Source: Hyphococcus sp.
GTDB lineage: Bacteria; Pseudomonadota; Alphaproteobacteria; Caulobacterales; Parvularculaceae
Assembly (NCBI GenBank): GCA_028284345.1
Contig: JANQRY010000007.1
Location: forward strand, 5,269 to 69,268
Direction of reading: 5' to 3'
DNA length: 64,000 nt
Under the pieces are notes generated by a model. The model was not told where the DNA came from and ran no database searches. It saw only the letters and a list, made by a program, of their open reading frames with translations. Of the stretch, positions 29,448-38,541 are shown one piece after another. The position numbers and the translations under genes are program-made. How positions within the stretch are numbered: the stretch's first letter is position 1; every line of letters starts with the position of its first letter.

Positions 29448-30179
29448 TTACGTCCAGCGCTTGGACAGCTTCTGATCCATCTCGTTCGCGTCGGTTTTTT
29501 CCGCGCCGCCATAGCCGGTGATCTTGTCGGCGACGAACGGGTTGCTTTTTCGTTCCGCGCCGAATGTGGATGTCGGCCCGTGGCCCGGCACGAACTGCAT
29601 GTCGTCGCCCAGCGGCCACAGCTTGCCGGTGATCGAGTCAATCAGCGTCTGGTGATCGCCGCGGGGGAAATCCGTCCGCCCGATGGATCCCGCAAACAGA
29701 ACATCGCCGACAAAGGCGACGCGCGCGCCGTCGTGATAGATGACTACATGGCCCGGCGTGTGACCCGGCGTGTAAACGACGTCGAACTTGATCCCGTCGA
29801 GTTCCAGCGTATCGCCGTCATTGAGCCAGCGGTCCGGCTTGCAATCCTCGCCCATGCCGGGGTGGCCATATTGCGCCCAGTGGCCGGCGATTTCATCGAG
29901 CCAGAACGTATCTTCTTTATGCGGCCCGATGATCGGCGCGCCGGTTTCGCGTTTTACCGCCTCGGCGCCGCCGGCGTGATCGAGATGGCCGTGGGTGAGC
30001 CAGATCTGTTCGATCTCCGCGCCAAACTCTTCCGCCGCTTTCAGGATCTTTTCCGGCTCGCCGCCCGGATCGACCACGGCGGCCTTGCCCGACGGCGCCT
30101 TGATGATCGAGCAGTTCTGCTGGAACGGCGTCACGGGCACGACGCGGATCTGGAAGGGGGGCTGTGCGGTTGAAGTCAT
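29448..30179 (-). CDS. MBL-fold hydrolase (YcbL/GloC-like)
   Basis: THGHLDH, TPGHTPGH, GDVLFAGSIGRTD and PGHG. Confidence 0.92.
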   Translation of the reverse strand: MTSTAQPPFQIRVVPVTPFQQNCSIIKAPSGKAAVVDPGGEPEKILKAAEEFGAEIEQIWLTHGHLDHAGGAEAVKRETGAPIIGPHKEDTFWLDEIAGHWAQYGHPGMGEDCKPDRWLNDGDTLELDGIKFDVVYTPGHTPGHVVIYHDGARVAFVGDVLFAGSIGRTDFPRGDHQTLIDSITGKLWPLGDDMQFVPGHGPTSTFGAERKSNPFVADKITGYGGAEKTDANEMDQKLSKRWT

Positions 30180-30188
30180 GATTGAGCT

Positions 30189-31361
30189 TTACGCCGCCTT
30201 CAGCCCTTCGATGAACCGCCGGAAGATATAGAAACTGTCCTCCGGGCCGGGGGAGGCTTCCGGGTGGTGCTGCACCGACATGGCCGGCGCGTTGGTGAGG
30301 GCGATGCCGCTGTTGGAGCCGTCGAACAGGGAGACGTGGGTTTCAACCACATTGTCCGGCAGGCTTTCGCGGTCGACCGTGAAGCCATGGTTCATGGAGA
30401 CGATTTCGACCTTGCCGGTTTTGACGTCTTTGACCGGATGATTGGCGCCGTGATGGCCTTGCGTCATCTTTTTCGTCTTGGCGCCGGCGGCGAGAGCCAG
30501 CATCTGATGGCCGAGGCAGACACCGAAGGTGGGAACCTTGTTTTCGATCAGTTGACGGATCACCGGCGCTGCATATTCGGCCGTCGCCGCCGGATCGCCC
30601 GGACCGTTCGACAAGAGCACGCCGTCCGGCGCTTTCTCCATGATGTCGTCATAGGACGCTTTGGCCGAAACGACCGTCACCCGACAGCCTTCGCTGGCGA
30701 GGCGGCGCAAAATGTTCCGCTTGGCGCCGTAGTCGATGACCACAATATGCGGACCCGACCCGTCATGAACGCCGTATCCTTGTCCCCACGTCCATCCGGT
30801 TTCATCATGGGCGTAGGTTTGCAGTGTGGTCACGTCGCCGGCGAGGTCGCGGCCTTCAAGGCCCGCCCATTCGGCGGCGCGCTTTTGCATCGCCTTCACG
30901 TCAAAGGCGCCCGACGGCGAGTGCGCGATAACCCCGTGGGGCATGCCCTGTTCGCGAATCTGCGCCGTCAGCGCCCGGGTGTCGACGCCGGAGAGGCCGA
31001 TAATGCCGCGCCGGCGCATCCAGACCGAAAGATCCGTATGGGATCGATAATTGGAAGGGCCGGTGACGGGGCCGCGAAAGATGGCGCCGCGGGCGGCGCG
31101 CGCTGCGGCGGGCGAGGCGTCCTCGACGTCTTCGGTATTGACCCCGACATTGCCGATATGCGGGAAGGTGAAGGTGACGATCTGCGCCGCGTAGGACGGG
31201 TCGGTGAGGATTTCCTGATAGCCGGTCATCGCCGTATTGAAGCAGATTTCGCCCACCGCCTCGCCGACGGCGCCCCATCCCGCCCCGTAAAGCGTTGTTC
31301 CATCAGCTAAAACCAGCGCAGCGGTTGGTTTGCGGGCGGGTGCTTGACTAATGCGCATCAA
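30189..31361 (-). CDS. carA: Carbamoyl-phosphate synthase small subunit
   Basis: FNTAMTGYQE, SNGPGDP, GVCLGHQ and QHHPEASPGP. Confidence 0.98.
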   Translation of the reverse strand: MMRISQAPARKPTAALVLADGTTLYGAGWGAVGEAVGEICFNTAMTGYQEILTDPSYAAQIVTFTFPHIGNVGVNTEDVEDASPAAARAARGAIFRGPVTGPSNYRSHTDLSVWMRRRGIIGLSGVDTRALTAQIREQGMPHGVIAHSPSGAFDVKAMQKRAAEWAGLEGRDLAGDVTTLQTYAHDETGWTWGQGYGVHDGSGPHIVVIDYGAKRNILRRLASEGCRVTVVSAKASYDDIMEKAPDGVLLSNGPGDPAATAEYAAPVIRQLIENKVPTFGVCLGHQMLALAAGAKTKKMTQGHHGANHPVKDVKTGKVEIVSMNHGFTVDRESLPDNVVETHVSLFDGSNSGIALTNAPAMSVQHHPEASPGPEDSFYIFRRFIEGLKAA

Positions 31362-31592
31362 AGAATATCTGTTCCCTGCTGTTTCACGCGACTGCGAAGC
31401 GCGCGGACGCTTTCGGCGGGAGCCGAGCCGCGGCCCCGCGCAAATTGGCCGGAAGCTATGCGAAGGGGCCCATTTGGGTCAATAACGGATAAGCCTGAAA
31501 TTATCCAAACGAATCAAAACCCTCAAAAATAAACGGCCATGCGGCGCGAAATTTGCGTAGGCGCGGAACAGACGTTCGGAGAATCGGTAACA

Positions 31593-32051
31593 ATGCTCAG
31601 AGACAAAATTGACGAAGCGCTGAAAACGGCCATGAAAGCGAAAGACGACAAGCTGCGCGTCGCCACGCTTCGGTTGATCAACGCCGCCATCAAGGATCGG
31701 GACATCGCCGCGCGCGCGGAAGACCGCTGCAACGGGATTTCCGACGAAGAGATTCTCGCCCTTTTGACGAAAATGGTGAAGCAGCGCGATGAAAGCGCCG
31801 CCGCCTTTGAAAAGGGATGCCGCCCGGAACTCGCCGAACAGGAGCGGGCCGAAATCGAGGTGATTCGCGGCTTTCTCCCGCGCCAGCTTTCCGAAGACGA
31901 AATCAAGTCGGCGGTCAAAGACGTCATCGACGAATATGAAGCCTCAGGCCTCAAGGACATGGGGCGCTGCATGGGCGCCCTGAAAGAGCGCTTCAACGGC
32001 TCGATGGATTTCGGCCGCGCCGGCGAGTTGATGAAACAAAGCCTGAGCTAA
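31593..32051 (+). CDS. GatB/YqeY domain protein
   Basis: AMKAKD...LRLINAAIKD...MVKQRDESAAAFEKG...DMGRCMG. Start moved to 31593. Confidence 0.92.
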   Translation: MLRDKIDEALKTAMKAKDDKLRVATLRLINAAIKDRDIAARAEDRCNGISDEEILALLTKMVKQRDESAAAFEKGCRPELAEQERAEIEVIRGFLPRQLSEDEIKSAVKDVIDEYEASGLKDMGRCMGALKERFNGSMDFGRAGELMKQSLS

Positions 32052-32062
32052 AGCGGCTCGAC

Positions 32063-33937
32063 TTACGCCTGCTCCTTCGCCCGCTTCTTGCGCAAATGCG
32101 GTTTCAGGGCTTTCTTCCGTAAGCGGATAGATTGTGGCGTCACCTCCACAAGCTCGTCCTCGTCTATATAGGAAATCGCCTGTTCCAGCGTCCGGCGCGT
32201 GGGCGGGGTTAGCCGCACGGCCTCGTCCTTGCCGGCGGCGCGGATATTGGTGAGCTGCTTTCCTTTCAGCGGATTGACGTCGAGATCGTCCGCTTTCGCA
32301 TTCTCGCCGACGATCATGCCTTCATAGACGGTTTCGCCCGGACCGATGAACATGACGCCCCGCTCTTCGAGGTTCCATAGGGCGTAGGGCACGGCCGCGC
32401 CGTCGCCATTGGAAATGAGGACGCCGGTGCGCCGTCCCTCAATCGGGCCCTTATAGGGCGCATGGGCGAGGTACGATCGGTTCATGACGCCGGTGCCGCG
32501 GGTGTCGGTCAGGAAGTCGCCGTGATAGCCGATGAGCGCGCGTGACGGCGCGTGCATGATGAGCCGCGTCTTGCCCGCGCCGGACGGGATCATCTCCGCT
32601 AGCTCGGCTTTTTTCTGGGACAGTTTTTCAATGACGACGCCGGAATGCTCGTCGTCGACGTCGATGACGACTTCCTCGATAGGCTCCAGCACGGCGCCGG
32701 TTTCGTCGGTCCGGGTGAGCACGCGCGGCCGCGATACGGCGAGTTCAAAACCTTCCCGGCGCATGTTTTCAATCAGGACGCCGAGCTGTAGTTCGCCGCG
32801 GCCGGCGACCTCATAGGCGTCCTTCGATTCCGTTTCCGTCACGGTGATGGCGACATCGCCTTCGGCCTGACGCAACAGCCGTTCGCGAATGACGCGGGAC
32901 TGGACCTTGTCGCCTTCGCGCCCGGCGAGGGGCGAATCGTTTGCAGCGATGGTGATCGACAGCGTCGGCGGATCAATCGGCTGGGCGGGAAGGGGCGTAT
33001 CGACGTCGAGTGCGCAAATGGTGTCCGACACGGACGCTTTCGAGAAGCCGGCGATGGCGACAATGTCGCCGGGGAGGGCTTCGTCGACGGGCTGGCGCTT
33101 CAGTCCGCGAAAGGCGAGCACTTTCGAGATGCGCGCCTGCTCAACCGGGTCGCCGGTGCGCGACAGCGCCTTGATGGTTGTGTTGGGTTTGGCGACGCCG
33201 GCGATGATGCGCCCCGTCAGCAACCGGCCGAGATAGGGGTCGGCTTCCAGCGTCGTCGCCAGCGTGCGCAAGGGCGCGTCTGCGCCGCCTTCGATCTCCG
33301 GCGCCGGCACATGGGAAACGACGGCGTCGAACAGGGCATTGAGGTTCTCCCGCGGGCCGTCCAGCGCCGTCGCGGCCCAGCCGTCGCGGCCGGCGGCGTA
33401 GAGCACCGGAAAGTCGAGCTGTTCGTCATTGGCGCCGAGGGCGGCGAACAGATCGAAAGTCGCATCAAGGGCGCGATCGGGCTCGGCGCTCGGGCGATCG
33501 ACCTTGTTCAGAACGACAATCGGTTTGAGGCCCAGCGCCAGCGCCTTTGAAAGCACGAACTTCGTTTGCGGCATCGGCCCTTCGGCGGCGTCGATAAGCA
33601 GTAGACAGCCGTCGACCATGGAGAGGATGCGCTCAACCTCGCCGCCGAAATCGGCGTGACCCGGCGTATCGACGATGTTGATGCGGATGTCTTCGCCGCC
33701 CTGGTTTTCAGTTTGGCCGCCTTTGCGGCCGGGCCACACAACGCTGGTGCACTTGGCGAGAATGGTGATGCCGCGCTCGCGCTCGATATCGTTTGAATCC
33801 ATGGCGCGCTCGGCCATCTCGGCGCCGGCGCGCACGGCGCCCGACTGACGCAGCATCTCGTCGACGAGCGTCGTTTTGCCGTGGTCCACATGGGCGATGA
33901 TGGCGATATTGCGCAATGCTGAAAGGCTGCCTGTCAT
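32063..33937 (-). CDS. typA: Translational GTPase TypA/BipA
   Basis: [37 protein letters not shown] and NIRAAGKDE. Start moved to 33937. Confidence 0.98.
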   Translation of the reverse strand: MTGSLSALRNIAIIAHVDHGKTTLVDEMLRQSGAVRAGAEMAERAMDSNDIERERGITILAKCTSVVWPGRKGGQTENQGGEDIRINIVDTPGHADFGGEVERILSMVDGCLLLIDAAEGPMPQTKFVLSKALALGLKPIVVLNKVDRPSAEPDRALDATFDLFAALGANDEQLDFPVLYAAGRDGWAATALDGPRENLNALFDAVVSHVPAPEIEGGADAPLRTLATTLEADPYLGRLLTGRIIAGVAKPNTTIKALSRTGDPVEQARISKVLAFRGLKRQPVDEALPGDIVAIAGFSKASVSDTICALDVDTPLPAQPIDPPTLSITIAANDSPLAGREGDKVQSRVIRERLLRQAEGDVAITVTETESKDAYEVAGRGELQLGVLIENMRREGFELAVSRPRVLTRTDETGAVLEPIEEVVIDVDDEHSGVVIEKLSQKKAELAEMIPSGAGKTRLIMHAPSRALIGYHGDFLTDTRGTGVMNRSYLAHAPYKGPIEGRRTGVLISNGDGAAVPYALWNLEERGVMFIGPGETVYEGMIVGENAKADDLDVNPLKGKQLTNIRAAGKDEAVRLTPPTRRTLEQAISYIDEDELVEVTPQSIRLRKKALKPHLRKKRAKEQA

Positions 33938-34089
33938 AACGGCGCGCGGCGTGCCCGGTTTTTCCGCCCATTGCAAGCGGTTTGACCAAGGACGCCGGCT
34001 TGATTTGCCGCCTTCGCGGCCTCGCGCTATGTCCTTATCGTTCCGGATTTGCCTTTGACGCCGTTATCGGCCGGGGAGTCGCGCGCAAG

Positions 34090-36078
34090 ATGGCGCATAT
34101 TTTCATCAGCTACGCCCGCGCCGATCGGCCGACGATCGAAAAGCTGGCGAGCGTGCTTGAAAGCGCCGGGCACTCCGTCTGGTGGGACAGACATATTCGC
34201 GGCGGCGCAGCCTTTGCAAAAGACATTGAGGCGCAGCTTCAAAAAGCCGACGCTATTGTCGTCGCCTGGTCCGCCGCGGCGAATGAATCGGACTGGGTGA
34301 AGGACGAAGCGGTGTTCGCCCGCGACAAGGGCGTCCTGATCCCGATCTGTCTCGACGCTGCCGAGGCGCCCCTCGGTTTCCGCCAGTATCAGACCCTTGA
34401 GTTCGAAAAGTGGCGGGGCGACGCCGAGGCAAGCGCCGTTCAGTCGTTGCTCGGCGCCATTGCCGATCTCAGCGGGGCGGAGCGGCCGCTCGCGGCGGCG
34501 CCTGCGCCGACATCGTTTGCGGCGCGGGTGCAATCGGACAAGCGGTACTGGGCGGCGGCCGTTGTCGTCGCCATCGCGTTGATCGCCGGGATTTTCCTGC
34601 TGCGGGGCGCGCCGGCGCCGGATGTCGGCGGCGCGGCGGAAAGGGAGCGCAGCGCCGCGTCCGCAGAGAGCGCGCCGTCAATCGCGGTTTTGCCGTTCGC
34701 GGATATGTCGCCCGACGGCAATCAGGAATATTTTGCCGACGGCCTGTCGGAAGAGCTACTGAACGTTCTGGTGCGCGTCGACGGTCTGCAGGTCGCCTCG
34801 CGCACGTCATCCTTCGCGCTCAAGGGCAGGGTTTTATCGATTGCCGAGATCGCCGAGCGCCTTAACGTTGATCATGTGCTCGAAGGCAGCGTGCGCAAGA
34901 TGAACAACCGTGTGCGCATCACCGCGCAGTTGATCGACGCCAACACCGACAAACACCTCTGGTCCGAAACCTATGACCGGCATCTGTCGGACATCTTTCG
35001 CATACAGGACGAGATCGCGACGGCGGTTGTCGGCGCCTTGCGCGAGGAGCTGGGCATTGCCGATGATGCGCCGATCGAAATTCGTCCTGCGACGGAGGAT
35101 CTCACCGCCTACGACGCTTATCTGAAGGCGCGCGAACTGTATCTCGCGCGCGGGAAAGCGAATGTCGCCGAATCCATGCGTCTTTTTGAGCAGGCGGTTG
35201 AGTTGGACCCGAGATTCGCCCGCGGATGGGAGGGGCTCGCCGGCGTCTACGCCATTGCCACGAGCTGGGGCATTCTTGACCGGGATTATTCGGCGATGTC
35301 GCTGGTGGCGGCGAAGAGAGCGCTGGAGATCGACCCGGATTTATCCGCGCCCTATGCGGTGATCGGGCTGACCTACCGCACCCACTATCCGACGCCATGG
35401 GCGGAATCGATCGACAATCTGCAAAAAGCGATCGAGCGCGACCGGAAGGCGACGGATCCCGTTCTCTGGCTCGGCATGAATTACGTGGCCGTGGGCGATA
35501 TTGACGGAGCGATTGAAACCTTCGGCAAATGTCTTGAGATGGACCCGGCCCATAAGCTTTGCCGCAAATATCGTTCGCTTTCCTATCTGACGAAAGGCGA
35601 TACGCGGAGAGCCGTCGCGGACGCCACGATCAACGCGGAAGTTGGATATTACTCCGACTTCGACGCCTATATCCCGCATTTTCTCGGCAGGGGCGAGCGG
35701 CTGCTCGCGTTTACGATCTCGCGCACGGTCAACTGGTGGTCGAATTTTCCGCATCAGGAACTCATCGCAGCAATTGAAGACGGCGATAATCCGTCATCGG
35801 AACGAATTCAGAAATTCATGCGATGGGGCGCCGATCAGAACGTCAAGGTCAGGAGCCACGCCCACACCATGTTGACCATCCGCGCCTATGAAAACCTTAC
35901 CGTCGACAACTGGAACAATGATTATGAAATGCTGTGGCTGCCGCAGTTTTCGCATTTCCGCCAGTCGTCGGAATTTAAACAGCTCGCCGGCGATCTGGGA
36001 CTCACGGCCTATTGGCGCGAGCATGGCTTTCCGCCCCAATGCAGGGCGCTGGGCGACCTTGATTTCGAATGTAGCTAG
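34090..36078 (+). CDS. TIR_2 - TM - TolB-like - TPR membrane protein
   Basis: HIFISYARADR...WWDRHI...SDWVKDEA (TIR), TM YWAAAVVVAIALIAGIFLL, SIAVLPFADMS...EYFADGLSEELL (TolB_N-like), TPR-like helices and C-terminal YWR..GFPPQC...DFEC. Confidence 0.87.
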   Translation: MAHIFISYARADRPTIEKLASVLESAGHSVWWDRHIRGGAAFAKDIEAQLQKADAIVVAWSAAANESDWVKDEAVFARDKGVLIPICLDAAEAPLGFRQYQTLEFEKWRGDAEASAVQSLLGAIADLSGAERPLAAAPAPTSFAARVQSDKRYWAAAVVVAIALIAGIFLLRGAPAPDVGGAAERERSAASAESAPSIAVLPFADMSPDGNQEYFADGLSEELLNVLVRVDGLQVASRTSSFALKGRVLSIAEIAERLNVDHVLEGSVRKMNNRVRITAQLIDANTDKHLWSETYDRHLSDIFRIQDEIATAVVGALREELGIADDAPIEIRPATEDLTAYDAYLKARELYLARGKANVAESMRLFEQAVELDPRFARGWEGLAGVYAIATSWGILDRDYSAMSLVAAKRALEIDPDLSAPYAVIGLTYRTHYPTPWAESIDNLQKAIERDRKATDPVLWLGMNYVAVGDIDGAIETFGKCLEMDPAHKLCRKYRSLSYLTKGDTRRAVADATINAEVGYYSDFDAYIPHFLGRGERLLAFTISRTVNWWSNFPHQELIAAIEDGDNPSSERIQKFMRWGADQNVKVRSHAHTMLTIRAYENLTVDNWNNDYEMLWLPQFSHFRQSSEFKQLAGDLGLTAYWREHGFPPQCRALGDLDFECS

Positions 36079-38291
36079 GCCGCCGCGCGCCGTGTTCGCG
36101 GATTGACGTTGCGCAGGATCAGCGCTCGCCACGCCCAGCGCAGGAGCGCCAGGATCGTCGCCGGCACAAACGCAATGGTGAGCCAGAGCGCCAGCGCTTC
36201 GGCGGGGAGCGCGGAGGCGATCAGCAGCCCGGCGTAAGCGGCGACGGCAAAGAGCGAAACGACAACAGCGACGCGCGCAACCGGGCGCAGGCCGACGATC
36301 CAGAAAAAGCCTTTAAACAGTAACGCGATCAGCAACAGGGCGAAGGCGATGACGAAACCCTTCGCCAGCAAGTACAATCCACGCCCCGGGTCTTTTGCAA
36401 AGTTCACCGGCACCGGCGCTTGGCTGGAGACGAAGGCCGGCGGCGTATCGATCGCCATGGGAAGGTCGATGGCGGAATCGATGTGGCCCATGGTGACGCG
36501 GTTCTCGCCGTCCGCCGCGCGCCAGATGCGCGCCGTATTGTCCCGGGAGCCGGAAACGATCCACTCGCCGTCGCTTGTTGAGTCGAGACCGCGCACGCCG
36601 TCCTTGTGCCCTTCCAGTTCGCGCGCCATGGCTCCGGACGCGATGTCCCAGACGCGAATGACGGGATCAACGCCGCTCGTGGCGAGGACGGCGTCGCCGT
36701 CCGCAAAGGCCACCGAGAAGGCCCGCTCTGCGCCGTGGTTGAGGCTCGTCACAAGGTTGTTGTCGATGGTGCGCCAGACCCGAATGACGCCGTTGTCGGC
36801 GGCCGCGGCGAACATCGATCCGTTATTGGAGAACTTCACGTCATTGCCCGGCCCGCCGATGGACAGGGAGACGAGGCGCGCGCCGGAACGCCAGTTCCAG
36901 AGCGACACCGTGCCGTCGGCCGAGGCCGCCGCCAGAATGTCGCCGTCCGGGTGGAAATCGACCGCGTTGATATCGTCTACATGAATCGAAAGCGTGCGCA
37001 GCCGGTCGCCGGTTTCTGGATTCCAGAGGATAATCAAATTGTCGCTCGACGCGGTCGCGACCGCGGCGCCGTCCGGCGACCAGGCGACGTCGTAAACGCT
37101 GGCGCCGTGGCCGCTCAGCGTCGTGATGGGTTTTGCGTTGCCGGTGTCCCAGACAATCGCCGTGCGGTCGCGCGACGCAGAGACGGCGCGAGCGCCGTCC
37201 GGCGAGAAATCCGCGCCCCAAATCCAGCATTTGTTTTCATCATCGGCGCAGTTTTCCTTGTGACCGACAAATTCGCCCCGTTCGACCCCGGTCGCCGCGT
37301 CCCACAGCTTGATCGTATTGTCGTCGGATGCCGTCACGACATAACGCCCGCTCGCATCGAATGTAACGCTGTTGATGTCGGCGCCTTCGATGCCTTTGAC
37401 CTGCACCCCTTCGAGCGCGGCCGCATAGATGCGGCCTTCAAGAACGAGGGGCGAAATGGTGATCAACGAAAACAGGATGAGCGCAATATAAGATCGCGGC
37501 AGCAAGGCCAGCGAGGCGGCGCCGGCGGCGCGATCGGCCTCCAGCGTTCCGTACCGTGACAAAAAGGCGAGAACGCCCATGGCCGCGATGAAAATCGGGC
37601 GGTAGGCCGCGAAGACAAAGTCAGACGCATAGGCTAGGGCGCCGAAGGCGGCGGCGATCAGCACCGCCATGAACACGGCCTGACCGAACAGCGCCAGGCG
37701 CCGGCGCGAACCCGTCGTCGTGTATTTGGACGCGCGTTTTGAAACCTTGGACGGCGATTTGCGCGCCGGCTTGGGTTTCGTTTTCGGCTTTGGGGGCGGA
37801 ACGGGTTTGGGCTTTTCCGCTTCCGGCGCCGGTTTCGGTGCTTCCGGCTCGGGCTGCGGCTCAGGTTCCGGCCGGCGGTCCGGCGCGCCGGCGCCCGCTT
37901 TTGCGCCCTCGGCGACGGCGTCGATAAACGCCTTGAACGCATTGTCGTTTACATTGCCGCGCCAGTGGGTGAGGTCCGCCGTCTGAATCTGCCGAAAGCC
38001 GAGCGGTATATCCACGTTGTCGATGAGCGCCGGAAAGAGAATATCACGCGCCGCGCCTTCGTCCGCTTCGTCAGCGACGAACCGCGAGGCCACGGAATGT
38101 CGCGACCAGATGACGATAACGGACCGCGTGGAACTCAGCGCTTCGGAAATTTCCTGGCGAAAGCCTGCGCCGGTTTTGATTTTCGGGTCCCACCAGACGT
38201 GGAGGCCCTTTTGGCCGAGCGCGTTTGCGATCTTCTCGACCTTCGCGCGATCCTCGCGCGAATAGGAAATGAATACGTCGTGATGCCCCAA
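36075..38291 (-). CDS. TIR_2 - Pro/Lys linker - 3 TM - 7x WD40 - 3 TM membrane protein
   Basis: DVFISYSREDR...WWDPKI...SRFVADEA (TIR). Seven WD repeats end in IKLWD, AIVWD, IILWN, VSLWN, IRVWR, IRVWD and ARIWR. Two clusters of three hydrophobic segments. Confidence 0.87.
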   Translation of the reverse strand: MGHHDVFISYSREDRAKVEKIANALGQKGLHVWWDPKIKTGAGFRQEISEALSSTRSVIVIWSRHSVASRFVADEADEGAARDILFPALIDNVDIPLGFRQIQTADLTHWRGNVNDNAFKAFIDAVAEGAKAGAGAPDRRPEPEPQPEPEAPKPAPEAEKPKPVPPPKPKTKPKPARKSPSKVSKRASKYTTTGSRRRLALFGQAVFMAVLIAAAFGALAYASDFVFAAYRPIFIAAMGVLAFLSRYGTLEADRAAGAASLALLPRSYIALILFSLITISPLVLEGRIYAAALEGVQVKGIEGADINSVTFDASGRYVVTASDDNTIKLWDAATGVERGEFVGHKENCADDENKCWIWGADFSPDGARAVSASRDRTAIVWDTGNAKPITTLSGHGASVYDVAWSPDGAAVATASSDNLIILWNPETGDRLRTLSIHVDDINAVDFHPDGDILAAASADGTVSLWNWRSGARLVSLSIGGPGNDVKFSNNGSMFAAAADNGVIRVWRTIDNNLVTSLNHGAERAFSVAFADGDAVLATSGVDPVIRVWDIASGAMARELEGHKDGVRGLDSTSDGEWIVSGSRDNTARIWRAADGENRVTMGHIDSAIDLPMAIDTPPAFVSSQAPVPVNFAKDPGRGLYLLAKGFVIAFALLLIALLFKGFFWIVGLRPVARVAVVVSLFAVAAYAGLLIASALPAEALALWLTIAFVPATILALLRWAWRALILRNVNPRTRRAAA

Positions 38292-38541
38292 TTGATCCCC
38301 GACACGCCCATGCGGCGCCGACCGTCCCCATTCGCCGGCCCGCTGATTTCAAAGCTGCGGCGCTCTCTCCCCGCTGCCCGTCTATGGCAATATCTATCAA
38401 ATGGCGGCGCCAGCGGCAATTCCGGCCCGCAACAGGACGCGACTGTGGAGAAATAGTCGGCCGAAAAGCGGCGAAAACGGCTAGGTAGGTGAACGGCGGC
38501 GGGCTTGATGCTGCGCTGCACAACCCTAAATCTGTACACGT

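Noticed and set aside
38292-38541. Small ORF or sRNA between the TIR-WD40 gene and dnaG
   Set aside because: There is no SD-supported ORF or stable hairpin with a U-tract. It is adequately explained as divergent promoter space.
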